DNA of 64,000 nucleotides. Source: Betaproteobacteria bacterium. GTDB lineage: Bacteria > Pseudomonadota > Gammaproteobacteria > Burkholderiales > SG8-39. The notes beneath the pieces are model-generated. The model saw nothing but the letters and a program-made list of their open reading frames with translations, did no database searches and had not been told where the DNA came from. Made by a program: the position numbers and the translations under genes. Positions within the stretch are counted from its first letter, which is position 1. Each line of letters begins with the position of its first letter. Where the stretch lies: contig JACOVA010000103.1 of assembly GCA_016177575.1 (NCBI GenBank), positions 6,822-70,821 on the forward strand, in the 5' to 3' direction. This document shows, piece by piece, positions 42,708 through 51,410 of this stretch.

Positions 42708-42728
42708 CGCCGCGGCGCGTCCGCGGCG
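42708..42728 (+). terminator. GC-rich hairpin after ispH (possible terminator, no U-tract)
   Basis: cgccgcgg-cgcgt-ccgcggcg: perfect 8-bp stem, 5-nt loop, 10 nt after the ispH stop. No T-run follows. Confidence 0.3.
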
Positions 42729-42815
42729 CCGTTCGTCCGCGCAATCCCGCATTCCGTCGGGAGGGTATTCAGCCGCGACACTCACCGTTGTTATAGTCAC
42801 CCAGGGGAGAACTCC

Positions 42816-43286
42816 ATGAAGTGCGCAGAAGCGTTGGTCGATCCGCGGACCGCAGTTCGCAGGGCGCGCGGATTCACGCTCATCGAGCTCATGATCGTGA
42901 TCGCGGTGCTGGGGGCGATCATCGCCGCCGCCATCCCGTCCTATCGGCAATACAACATGCGCGCCAACCGCTCGGCGGCGGCGCAGGTCATGCTCAACGT
43001 CCAGAACCGCGAGGAGGCGTACCTGCTGGATGCGCGCGCCTACACCGACGTGCTCGGACCGAGCGGGCTCAACATCATCCAGGACGGCTGGACCTGCTCG
43101 AACACCCCGGCCACGGGCTGCAGCAACAACTTCTATACAGTCACCGTCGCGGTGGTCACCGGCACGCCGCCCACTTACACGGTCACCGCGACCCCGATCG
43201 CCGGCAAGTACCAGGTGGACGACGGCAATCTCACGCTGACGAGCAGCGGCACGCGCTCGCGCAGCGCCGGCGACGGCAAGTGGTAG
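42816..43286 (+). CDS. pilE: type IV minor pilin PilE-like
   Basis: Prepilin leader ending RG|FTLIELMIVIAVLGAIIAAAIPSYRQYNMRANRSAA. The C-terminus YTVTATPIAGKYQVDDGNLTLTSSGTRS parallels P. aeruginosa PilE (from memory). Confidence 0.8.
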   Translation: MKCAEALVDPRTAVRRARGFTLIELMIVIAVLGAIIAAAIPSYRQYNMRANRSAAAQVMLNVQNREEAYLLDARAYTDVLGPSGLNIIQDGWTCSNTPATGCSNNFYTVTVAVVTGTPPTYTVTATPIAGKYQVDDGNLTLTSSGTRSRSAGDGKW

Positions 43287-43290
43287 CGGC

Positions 43291-43815
43291 GTGAGCTTCG
43301 CCCGCAGCCGGCGCGGTTTCACGATCATCGAGCTGATGGTGACGCTCGCGATCGTGGCCGTGCTGGCGATGGCCGCCCTGCCGTCGATGCGCGACCTGGT
43401 GACGAGCAACCGCATGAAGACGCTCTCGCTCGACATCTACACCAGCCTGACGCTCGCGCGCAGCGAGGCGATCAAGCGCAACACCGGCAACATCTCGATG
43501 GTCGAGAAAACCGGCGGCTGGCAGAACGGCTGGACGGTATGCGTCGACGCCGACGCGAACGGCGCCTGCGACGGCGGCGAGATCGTGCTGATCGAGAACG
43601 ATCCCGTCGACCCCTCGCTCTCGCTCACCAACACGGGCGGCAGCATCGTCACCTACGGCCGCGACGGCAGGCTCTCGTCGGCGGCGGCGTCGTTCCGGAT
43701 CATCGCCGGCGCCAACAACGCCGCGGTGCCGATGCGCTGCGTGGAAGTGAACGTGAGCGGGCGGCCTGCGACCCGCGCCGACACCAACGCCACCGACAGC
43801 GACGGATGCAACTGA
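43291..43815 (+). CDS. fimT: GspH/FimT-family minor pilin
   Basis: GTG start. SRRG|FTIIELMVTLAIVAVLAMAALPSMRDLVTSNRMKT..LARSEAIKRN, typical of FimT/FimU. Confidence 0.82.
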   Translation: MSFARSRRGFTIIELMVTLAIVAVLAMAALPSMRDLVTSNRMKTLSLDIYTSLTLARSEAIKRNTGNISMVEKTGGWQNGWTVCVDADANGACDGGEIVLIENDPVDPSLSLTNTGGSIVTYGRDGRLSSAAASFRIIAGANNAAVPMRCVEVNVSGRPATRADTNATDSDGCN

Positions 43816-44444
43816 TGAGGCGCCCGATGCGAGCCCTGCAGGCGAGCCGCGGCTTCAGCCTGATCGAAGTGCTGGTGGCGATCGTCGTCGTCGTGGTAGG
43901 GCTGCTCGGGCTCGCCGGCATGCAGGCGCGCGCCCAGCTGGCGGAGTTCGAGTCCTACCAGCGCGCCCAGGCGCTGGTGCTGCTCTACGACATGATGGAC
44001 CGCATCAACAACAACAAGGCGACCGCCTCCTGCTTCGCAGCCACCACTTCGAGCACGTTCTACGGCGACGCAGGCAACCCGCCGACGCTGTCCTGCAGCG
44101 TCAGCAGCCCGGCCAACAATTCCCTCGCGGTCGGCTCGATGACGCAGTGGCACAACCTGCTGCAGGGCTCCGCCGAGCTGAAAGGGGCCAGTGCCACGCA
44201 GGTCGGCGCGATGATCGGCGCGCGCGGCTGCGTCACCTACGACGTCGCCACCGAGTACATCAACGCGACGACCGGCGTCAACATCGGCGGCACCGGCGAA
44301 TACACCGTCGCGGTCTCCTGGCAGGGGATGGCCGATACCTTCGCGCCGACCAAGACCTGCGGCGGAGCGGCGCAGTACGGCAGCGAAACCAAGCGCCGCA
44401 CCGTGTGGGCGACCATGCGCATCGCGACCCTGGTCGCGCAGTAG
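43815..44444 (+). CDS. pilV: type IV pilus modification protein PilV
   Basis: SRG|FSLIEVLVAIVVVVVGLLGLAGMQARAQ. The ATG overlaps the fimT stop (TGATG). Alternative ATG at 43806. Confidence 0.82.
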   Translation: MRRPMRALQASRGFSLIEVLVAIVVVVVGLLGLAGMQARAQLAEFESYQRAQALVLLYDMMDRINNNKATASCFAATTSSTFYGDAGNPPTLSCSVSSPANNSLAVGSMTQWHNLLQGSAELKGASATQVGAMIGARGCVTYDVATEYINATTGVNIGGTGEYTVAVSWQGMADTFAPTKTCGGAAQYGSETKRRTVWATMRIATLVAQ

Positions 44445-44451
44445 GCGGACG

Positions 44452-45603
44452 ATGAAGACCACCTGCATGCAACGCACCCCGCAAGCCGAGCGCGGCTTCT
44501 CGCTCATCGAGCTGATGACCGCGATCACGATCGGGCTGCTGATCCTGGTCGGCCTGACCTCGGTGTTCGTCAACTCGAGCAATGCGAACCGCGAAATGAA
44601 GAACACCGCCGAGCAGATCGAGAGCGGGCGCTACGCGATCGAGTTCCTGACGCAGGACATCCGGCACGCTGGCTACTACGGCGAGCTCACGACGCTGCCT
44701 GCCGTGCCCGCCAGCGCGCCCGATCCCTGCGCCGCGCCGACGGCGGGCACCGTGAGCAACACCGTCAATCCGGGTCTCACGCTGCCGCTGCAGCGGATTT
44801 CCTCCGCCAGCATCCCCACCGGCTGCGCGTCGCTGCTCACCGCCGCCAACCTCGCGCCCAACAGCGACATCGTGGTGGTGCGCCGCGCCGACACCACCAT
44901 GCTGCCCGTGACGAGCGCCACCACCGCGACGGTCACCACCGGTACGGTGTACATCCAGACCAGCGCGGACACCGCGGAAATCCAGTATGGGGCTGGCGGC
45001 ACCGTCGACAGCACGCAGAAGGCGAGCGGCGCCGCGACGGCTCTGTTCCGCCGCGACTTCACGGTGGCCGCGACCGGAACGCCGCCGCAGTTCCCGATCA
45101 TCGCCGCGGGAATCCGCAAGTACCGGACCCACATCTACTTCGTCGCGCCCTGCAGCGTGCCCAATGGCGGCGGCAGCCTGTGCACCGGCAGCAGCGACGA
45201 CCTGGGCAACCCGATTCCGACCCTGAAGCGGCTCGAGTTCACCGATGGCGGCAGCGGCGCCTTCAGCATCGTGCCGATCGTCGAAGGCATCGAGGCGATC
45301 CGGATCGAATACGGCGTCGACAGCTCGCCCTCGACCGCCGATCCCGGCACCGGCCTGGTGGGCGACGGCATACCAGAGAGCTACAGCAATGCGCCCAGCC
45401 TCGCCGACATGGGCAACACGGTCGCGGCGCGGATCTATGTCCTGGCGCGCAACACTTCGCCGACCCGGGGCTACGTCGACGACAAGGCCTTCGTCATGGG
45501 CTCCCTCACCACGGTCGCGACCGGCGACCCCTACAAGCGCCACGTGTACGGCGGCGAGACGCGCATCGTCAACCAGGCCGGCCGCAGGGAGATCCCGCAG
45601 TGA
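44452..45603 (+). CDS. pilW: type IV pilus assembly protein PilW
   Basis: ERG|FSLIELMTAITIGLLILVGLTSVFVNSS, 383 aa. Position after pilV. Confidence 0.82.
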   Translation: MKTTCMQRTPQAERGFSLIELMTAITIGLLILVGLTSVFVNSSNANREMKNTAEQIESGRYAIEFLTQDIRHAGYYGELTTLPAVPASAPDPCAAPTAGTVSNTVNPGLTLPLQRISSASIPTGCASLLTAANLAPNSDIVVVRRADTTMLPVTSATTATVTTGTVYIQTSADTAEIQYGAGGTVDSTQKASGAATALFRRDFTVAATGTPPQFPIIAAGIRKYRTHIYFVAPCSVPNGGGSLCTGSSDDLGNPIPTLKRLEFTDGGSGAFSIVPIVEGIEAIRIEYGVDSSPSTADPGTGLVGDGIPESYSNAPSLADMGNTVAARIYVLARNTSPTRGYVDDKAFVMGSLTTVATGDPYKRHVYGGETRIVNQAGRREIPQ

Positions 45604-46133
45604 ACGCCAATTCCGTCATCAGGCGGGCGCAGCGGCAGCGCGGCGTCACGCTGCTGGTCTCGCTCATCATGCTGATCGTGCTGACCCTGTTCACGATCAC
45701 GGCGATCCGGACCGGCAACATCGGCTTCAAGATCGTCGGCAACCAGCAGGCGCAGAAGCTGATGGAGGCGGCCGCGCAGCAGGCGGTCGAGCAGGTGATC
45801 AGCAACCTCGCCAACTTCGACCCGACCGCTGTGATCGCGCCTTCGGCCACGGCGGCGCAGCGCGTCTGCGTCAACGCCAGCGCGGGCGACCCGCCGGTCG
45901 CGATTCCGCCCGCCACCTGCACCTCGGGCACCCAGGTGGACGTGTCGCCGGTGCGCTGCATCGCCACCAAGCGCTCGCAGTACGACTCGCTCACGCAGGC
46001 GATGGCGACCTACGACAACGTCTGGGAGATCGTCGCCACGGTGACCGATACGTTCTCGGGCGCCAAGGCGACCTACCACCAGGGGGTCAAGATCCGGATG
46101 CTGTCCAATTCCTGTCCGGGGCTGTCGACCTGA
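45600..46133 (+). CDS. pilX: type IV pilus minor pilin PilX-like
   Basis: The GTG overlaps the pilW stop (GTGA). NANSVIRRAQRQRGVTLLVSLIMLIVLTLFTITAIR (PilX_N-type hydrophobic N-terminus). Position before pilY1. Confidence 0.75.
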   Translation: MNANSVIRRAQRQRGVTLLVSLIMLIVLTLFTITAIRTGNIGFKIVGNQQAQKLMEAAAQQAVEQVISNLANFDPTAVIAPSATAAQRVCVNASAGDPPVAIPPATCTSGTQVDVSPVRCIATKRSQYDSLTQAMATYDNVWEIVATVTDTFSGAKATYHQGVKIRMLSNSCPGLST

Positions 46134-46149
46134 TTTCGGAGCCAGAGCC

Positions 46150-49100
46150 ATGAAACGTGGATTCTCCAGACTGCTGCTCGCCGCTGCGCTCGCGGGCTTC
46201 TGCGCGACGCCGTTCGCCGTGTTCGACCCGGTGAACGACGACACCGACCTGTTCCGCAACAACCCGAACATCCCCTCGGAGCGGCCCAACGTCCTCATCA
46301 TCCTCGACAACACCGCCAACTGGAGCTCGGGCGGCAAGTTCGCGAACGAGAAGACCGCCCTCGTCGACACGGTCGCCGCGCTCGACAGCTCGTTCAACGT
46401 CGGCATGATGGTGATGGGGCAGGGCGGCAACTGCCGCACCGCCAACGTGGACGGCGGCTACGTGCGCTTCGGCGTGCGCCAGATGACCGCGGCCAACAAG
46501 GCCGGCCTCACCAGCCTGGTGAACGGCTTCACCGACGCTTCCTGCGGCAACGACCTGGTCGGCGACCAGGGCAGCTCGGCGACCGGCGCGCAGGCGATGC
46601 ACGAGGCCTACCTCTATTTCGCGGGCCTCACCTCGCGCTCCGGCATCAGGCAGGTCAAGCGCGATTTCACGAGCAACCCGAATAACACGGTTGCGGGGTC
46701 GCTGCCGGACAATCCGCTCTCGAGCAGCTCGGCGACCGTCTATGCCCCCGCGATCGCCGAAGCCTGCCAGAAGAGCTACATCATCTTCATCAGCAACGGG
46801 CCGTTCGACAACGGCGACGACGCGCCCTCGGCCCAGCTGTACGCGGGCGCGAGCGGCCTGGTGCCGGGCGCGACCCCGATCAGCCTGAGCCCGAGCGGCT
46901 CGGAGTCCAACTGGTCGGACGAGTACGCGTTCTACCTCGCCAATACGGGCGTCAATGTGCTCGGCAGCAACCAGAAGATCTTCACCTACACCCTCGACGT
47001 CGACCCGGTAACCACCGGCCAGGGGCCGGCCCACACCGCGCTACTGAAAAGCATGGCGCAGCAGGGCAAGGGCAAGTACTTCGGCGTCACCAGCGCCAAT
47101 TCCGGGACGGCGATCGTGGATGCGCTGCTCTCGATCTTCAGCGAAATCCAGGCGGTGAACAGCGTGTTCGCCGCCTCCACCCTGCCGGTCAGCGTCAACG
47201 TGCGCGGCACCAACCTGAACCAGCTCTACATCGGCGTGTTCCGCCCCGACTCCGCCGACAGGCCGCGCTGGCTCGGCAACCTCAAGGCCTACCAGCTGAA
47301 GAAGGACCCGTCCACCGGCGTGGTGTTCACGGTGGACTCGAACCTCGACCCCGCGATCAACAGCACCACCGGCTTCATCACCGCTTCGGCGATAAGCTTC
47401 TGGACCGACCCGGCGCTGCCGAACGCAACCTACTGGAACTTCCGGCCTTCCTCGGTGAACGGCGTGGGCGGCGACTCCGACAGCCCGGACGGCGACTTGG
47501 TGGAAAAGGGCGGTGCGGCGCAACAGCTGCGCGCGCGCTATTTCGCCGCCGGCATCAACGCGGTGTCGCCGGACCCGTATCGCCCGCTCTACACCTGCAC
47601 CCAGGGGCCGGCCTACCCGGTCTGCAACACGACTTACTCGGCCACTCCGAGCCTGCTGTCGGCGACGCCGTTCGAAGACGCCAACAGCGACATCGACGCG
47701 GGCTCGCTCGCCATTGACGCGCGCGCCGTCACCCCGCTCACCGCATCCCAGGTCAAGCCGATCACGACGCTCAGCGACACGAGGGCGGTGACGCTTGACA
47801 ACACGACGGGTGTGGTGTTCTCGCCCTATTTGATTTCCACCAACAGCGAGGAAAAGAGCGAATTCTCGCTTAATAACGCGCGCACGGTATCCATTAGCAG
47901 CATCAGCAACGGCGCAGTGTCGAACTCTGCGACGTTCACCAAGCAGGGCACCAAGAACCGTGGCACGCTGGCCGGCCACGGCCTGGGCGTCGGGCAGACC
48001 ATCGTCGTCACCGGGACCACCAGCTTCAACACGTCCGGGACCACGATTACCAACGCGACTTCGAGCACCTTCGACTACGGAACCTTCGGCGGCAGCGGCA
48101 ACCCGTCGGAAACGGGCACCGTGACCACGAGCAACATCGTGGTGTTGGTCAACGCGCCGAACCATGGTTTTGCGGACGGCCAGAGCGTGACCATCGCGGG
48201 CGTGACGCCTGCGGCGTTCAACGGCTCGAAGACGATCACCAGGATCGACGACCACAACTTCAGCTTCTCGCACACGGTGTCCACGGGACCGACCGGGACG
48301 ACCATGACGGCGAGCGCGGCGAGCACTGTCGTGACCGCGACGTGGAACGGGGCGGTCGGGACTGCGCCGCTCGGCTACGTCGCCGGGCAGCCGGTCACGG
48401 TCAATAACGCGAACCCCACCACCTACAACGGCACCTACACGGTGCTCTCCAACCCTGCGCCCACGGCGACTACCTTCGCCTACCAGACAACGAGCGCGAT
48501 AACGACGCCGAATTCCAGCACCTCCGTATCCGTGACGACCAGCGGCGCGACGGCAAGCGCATTTTTCTATTCGCCTGGCGTCAACCCGGGTTTCGTCGAC
48601 GGCAATACGGTGTTCATCTCCGGCGCCAGCCCGGCGGGCTTCAACGGCACATTCACGATCTCGAACGTGATCGACTACTCGGTTTCCGCCCTGTTTGGCT
48701 GCCCCTGCCCGGACTACTACAGCTTCGACTACACGGTGCCGACGGGGCTCGGCTTCTTCGCCAGCCAGGCAAGCGGCACGATCCCGATCCAGGTCGCCGG
48801 CGCGACCTCGTCCGTCGTCACGGCGACGCTCGCCAACCACGGCTTCAGTGCATTGGATTCGATCACGATTTCGGGCGCGTCGCCCGTAGATCACAATGGC
48901 AGCTGGAGCGTCGCTGCAGTCGTCGACGCCAATACTTTCCAGTACTCGACCGCCATCGCGCTGGACGCGCCGAGCGGCACCCCGGCCGTGCGCTTCACGA
49001 GCAATCCGCGCGCCTACGCGACGATCACGGGCCACGGCTATGGCGCGACGGGCACCAGCCTCGACCCGTTCATCGTCGCCGGTGCGCTGCCGGCCGGCTA

Positions 49101-51378
49101 CAACGGCACGTTCACGGGAGCGAGCGCGGCGAGGGTGGAAGACACCAACACGGTGAGCTATCCGCTGGCCTCGGCACCGGGAACCTTCGATGCCTCGCAG
49201 ACGATGACCGCGACCACGAATAGCACGACCGCGGTCGGCACCTCCGCCGCGCACGGCTTCGCGGTGGGCGGCAGCATCACCATCTCGGGCGCTGCGCCCT
49301 CCGATTTCAACGGCGCGAAGACGGTGGTCTCGGTGCCGAACGCGGACACCTTCACCTACACCCTGAGCAGCGCGCAGGGCGCGGCGACCGGCACCATCAC
49401 GGCCGTGTCGGCGGGCGGCGCGGGCGCGAGCGAGCGCACCAACGTCATCAACTGGATCCGCGGCGAGGACAACTACGAGGACGAGAACTCGAACTCCTCG
49501 TTCGGCGACACGCGCGCCTCGATGCACGGCGACGTGCTGCATTCGCGCCCGGCCGTGGTCAACTACAACCGCCGCGCGCTGACCGATCCGCCCAACGCCG
49601 ACAACGACGTCTACATCTTCTACGGCGGCAACGACGGCGTGTTCCGCGCCATCAAGGGCGGCTTCGGCAGCACCACCGGCGACCCGGCGATGGGCGTCGA
49701 GGTCTGGGGCTTCGTCGCCAAGGAGCATTTCTCGAGCCTGAAGCGCCTGCGCCTCAATTCGCCCGCCATCAGCAGCACCTACAAGAAGCCCTATTTCTTC
49801 GACGGGCCGATGGGCACCTACACGCTCGACACGAACGCCGACGGCCAGCTCATCGCCACGGACGGCGACAAGGTGTACATCTACCTCACCATGCGGCGCG
49901 GCGGGCGCGCGATCTACGCGCTCGATGTGAGCGATCCGCTGGTGCCGAAGCTGCTCTGGCGCAAGGGCTGCCCGAGCCTGAGCACCAATCCCGCCGACAT
50001 CGACGCCACGACCGGCTGCGACCTGGGCTGGGGCGAGCTCGGCCAGACCTGGTCGGAGCCGAAGGTGGTGTCGATCAATGCGAGCAGTGACCCGGTGCTG
50101 ATCTTCGGCGCCGGCTACGACTCGCTGGTCGAGGACCTCGATCCCGTGACGGTCACCTCCAGCACCGCGTCGGCCGTGGTCGCGGGCGGCACGACCTTCA
50201 CGCGCAGCATGGGTCGCGGGCTCTACGTCGTCAACGCGCAGACCGGCGCCATCATCTGGCAGGCCTCCGGGCACGCGCGCGCCGACAGCAGCACCCATCC
50301 CTACAAGGTGGTGGCGGGAATGGATTACTCGATCCCCTCCGACGTCGCCGTGGTGGTCGGCGATCCTACGCTGAAGCCGTTCCGCGCCTATGTCGGCGAC
50401 ACCGGCGGACAGTTCTGGCGCTTCGACTTCGGCGACGCCTCCCCGGCCAACTGGACGGTGGTCAAGCTCGCCTCGATCGGCGACCCCACGACCACCGCCT
50501 CCATCGAGGACCCGAGAGTGTCGCCACAGACGACGCCGGCAACGATGGTGACGGTGATACCCGGGCTGCGCAAGTTCCTGTTCCCGCCCGATGTCATCGG
50601 CGCGACTGGATTCGACATGGTGATCGCCGGCACGGGCGACCGCGAGCATCCGTTCGATGCCGTGATCACCAACCGCGTCTACGCCTTCAAGGACAAGGTG
50701 CAGACGACCACGCCGCCGGTCGATGGCTCGTCGGTGCCCCTGCAGGCCACGATCACCGAGGGCACCGGCGACGGCAATCCGCTGCTCGACGTCACCTCCA
50801 ACTGCATCCAGGTGCCGGCCAACTGCACCGGCACCGCGCCGCAGCTAGCTGGCGGCGGCCTCACGGCCTCGCAGAACACCGCCAAGGCGCTGACTGAATC
50901 GACCAACTACGGCTGGTACCTGACCCTCGCCGGGGGCGAGAAGCAGGTCGGCGGCACGCTCGCCGCCGGTACCGGGTCGGTCGTGTTCGGCACCAACCAG
51001 CCCTCGGCGAGCGCGGGCGGCGGCGCCTGCAGCCCGAACCTCGGCGTGGCGCGGCAGTACTCGGTGAACTTCGAGAACGGCACCGCGTTCGAGGGTACGA
51101 GCGTCTCGACCGTCTACGCGGGCGGCGGCTACCTGCCTTCGCCGGTGCTGGTCTATGTCGGCCTTGGGGGAACGACCGGCACCGGCTCGGGCACCACCGG
51201 CGGCGTGCCGGTCGGCGGCACGGTCAGCGGCGGACAGCTCGGCATTGGCGCGGGCGCCTCGCTCGGCGGCGGCAACGATCCGACCGGCGTGGTCTGCTAC
51301 GGCGCGTCGTGCGCGCTGGCGCCGGGCAAGCAGCTCTACTCGCGGCTGCGCAAGTTCTGGTACAAGGAAATCGACTGA
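46150..51378 (+). CDS. pilY1: giant PilY1-type type IV pilus tip adhesin (vWA-like N-domain, 7-module repeat insert, PilY1/PilC beta-propeller C-domain)
   Basis: 1742 aa. Signal peptide MKRGFSRLLLAAALAGFCATPFA. vWA-like region PNVLIILDNTANWS...YIIFISNG. C-terminal PilY1 hallmarks HGDVLHSRPAVVNY, IFYGGNDGVFRAI, EVWGFV, RAIYALDVSDP, GQTWSEP, IFGAGYD, YVGDTGGQFWRFDF, GTGDREHP, RVYAFKD. Confidence 0.88.
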   Translation: MKRGFSRLLLAAALAGFCATPFAVFDPVNDDTDLFRNNPNIPSERPNVLIILDNTANWSSGGKFANEKTALVDTVAALDSSFNVGMMVMGQGGNCRTANVDGGYVRFGVRQMTAANKAGLTSLVNGFTDASCGNDLVGDQGSSATGAQAMHEAYLYFAGLTSRSGIRQVKRDFTSNPNNTVAGSLPDNPLSSSSATVYAPAIAEACQKSYIIFISNGPFDNGDDAPSAQLYAGASGLVPGATPISLSPSGSESNWSDEYAFYLANTGVNVLGSNQKIFTYTLDVDPVTTGQGPAHTALLKSMAQQGKGKYFGVTSANSGTAIVDALLSIFSEIQAVNSVFAASTLPVSVNVRGTNLNQLYIGVFRPDSADRPRWLGNLKAYQLKKDPSTGVVFTVDSNLDPAINSTTGFITASAISFWTDPALPNATYWNFRPSSVNGVGGDSDSPDGDLVEKGGAAQQLRARYFAAGINAVSPDPYRPLYTCTQGPAYPVCNTTYSATPSLLSATPFEDANSDIDAGSLAIDARAVTPLTASQVKPITTLSDTRAVTLDNTTGVVFSPYLISTNSEEKSEFSLNNARTVSISSISNGAVSNSATFTKQGTKNRGTLAGHGLGVGQTIVVTGTTSFNTSGTTITNATSSTFDYGTFGGSGNPSETGTVTTSNIVVLVNAPNHGFADGQSVTIAGVTPAAFNGSKTITRIDDHNFSFSHTVSTGPTGTTMTASAASTVVTATWNGAVGTAPLGYVAGQPVTVNNANPTTYNGTYTVLSNPAPTATTFAYQTTSAITTPNSSTSVSVTTSGATASAFFYSPGVNPGFVDGNTVFISGASPAGFNGTFTISNVIDYSVSALFGCPCPDYYSFDYTVPTGLGFFASQASGTIPIQVAGATSSVVTATLANHGFSALDSITISGASPVDHNGSWSVAAVVDANTFQYSTAIALDAPSGTPAVRFTSNPRAYATITGHGYGATGTSLDPFIVAGALPAGYNGTFTGASAARVEDTNTVSYPLASAPGTFDASQTMTATTNSTTAVGTSAAHGFAVGGSITISGAAPSDFNGAKTVVSVPNADTFTYTLSSAQGAATGTITAVSAGGAGASERTNVINWIRGEDNYEDENSNSSFGDTRASMHGDVLHSRPAVVNYNRRALTDPPNADNDVYIFYGGNDGVFRAIKGGFGSTTGDPAMGVEVWGFVAKEHFSSLKRLRLNSPAISSTYKKPYFFDGPMGTYTLDTNADGQLIATDGDKVYIYLTMRRGGRAIYALDVSDPLVPKLLWRKGCPSLSTNPADIDATTGCDLGWGELGQTWSEPKVVSINASSDPVLIFGAGYDSLVEDLDPVTVTSSTASAVVAGGTTFTRSMGRGLYVVNAQTGAIIWQASGHARADSSTHPYKVVAGMDYSIPSDVAVVVGDPTLKPFRAYVGDTGGQFWRFDFGDASPANWTVVKLASIGDPTTTASIEDPRVSPQTTPATMVTVIPGLRKFLFPPDVIGATGFDMVIAGTGDREHPFDAVITNRVYAFKDKVQTTTPPVDGSSVPLQATITEGTGDGNPLLDVTSNCIQVPANCTGTAPQLAGGGLTASQNTAKALTESTNYGWYLTLAGGEKQVGGTLAAGTGSVVFGTNQPSASAGGGACSPNLGVARQYSVNFENGTAFEGTSVSTVYAGGGYLPSPVLVYVGLGGTTGTGSGTTGGVPVGGTVSGGQLGIGAGASLGGGNDPTGVVCYGASCALAPGKQLYSRLRKFWYKEID
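47902..49419 (+). repeat. seven tandem degenerate 65-85 aa protein modules inside pilY1 (aa ~585-1090)
   Basis: Recurring pattern hGF-x-x-G-x-x-[VI]-x-[IV]-x-G-[AV]-x-P-x-x-[FY]NG-x-[FWY/K]-[TS]-[IV]...[TN]-F-x-[FY]. Examples: NHGFADGQSVTIAGVTPAAFNGSKTITRIDDHNFSF; PGFVDGNTVFISGASPAGFNGTFTISNV; NHGFSALDSITISGASPVDHNGSWSVAAVVDANTFQY; AHGFAVGGSITISGAAPSDFNGAKTVVSVPNADTFTY. The repeats are visible at protein level only, not as DNA repeats. Confidence 0.8.
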
Positions 51379-51410
51379 GGCGCCCGCGCCCCGGTCCCGG
51401 GAGATAGGCC

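Noticed and set aside
42729-42815. Sigma-54 promoter (GG-N10-GC) upstream of the pilin operon
   Set aside because: No TGGCAC-N5-TTGC-like element was found by eye. The only GG/GC pairs have the wrong spacing.
47041-50649. 1202-aa ORF on the minus strand, antisense to pilY1
   Set aside because: Arg/Gly/Ala/Asp-rich low-complexity translation with no recognisable motifs. This is typical of stop-free shadow frames in high-GC DNA. The plus-strand frame has clear PilY1 motifs.
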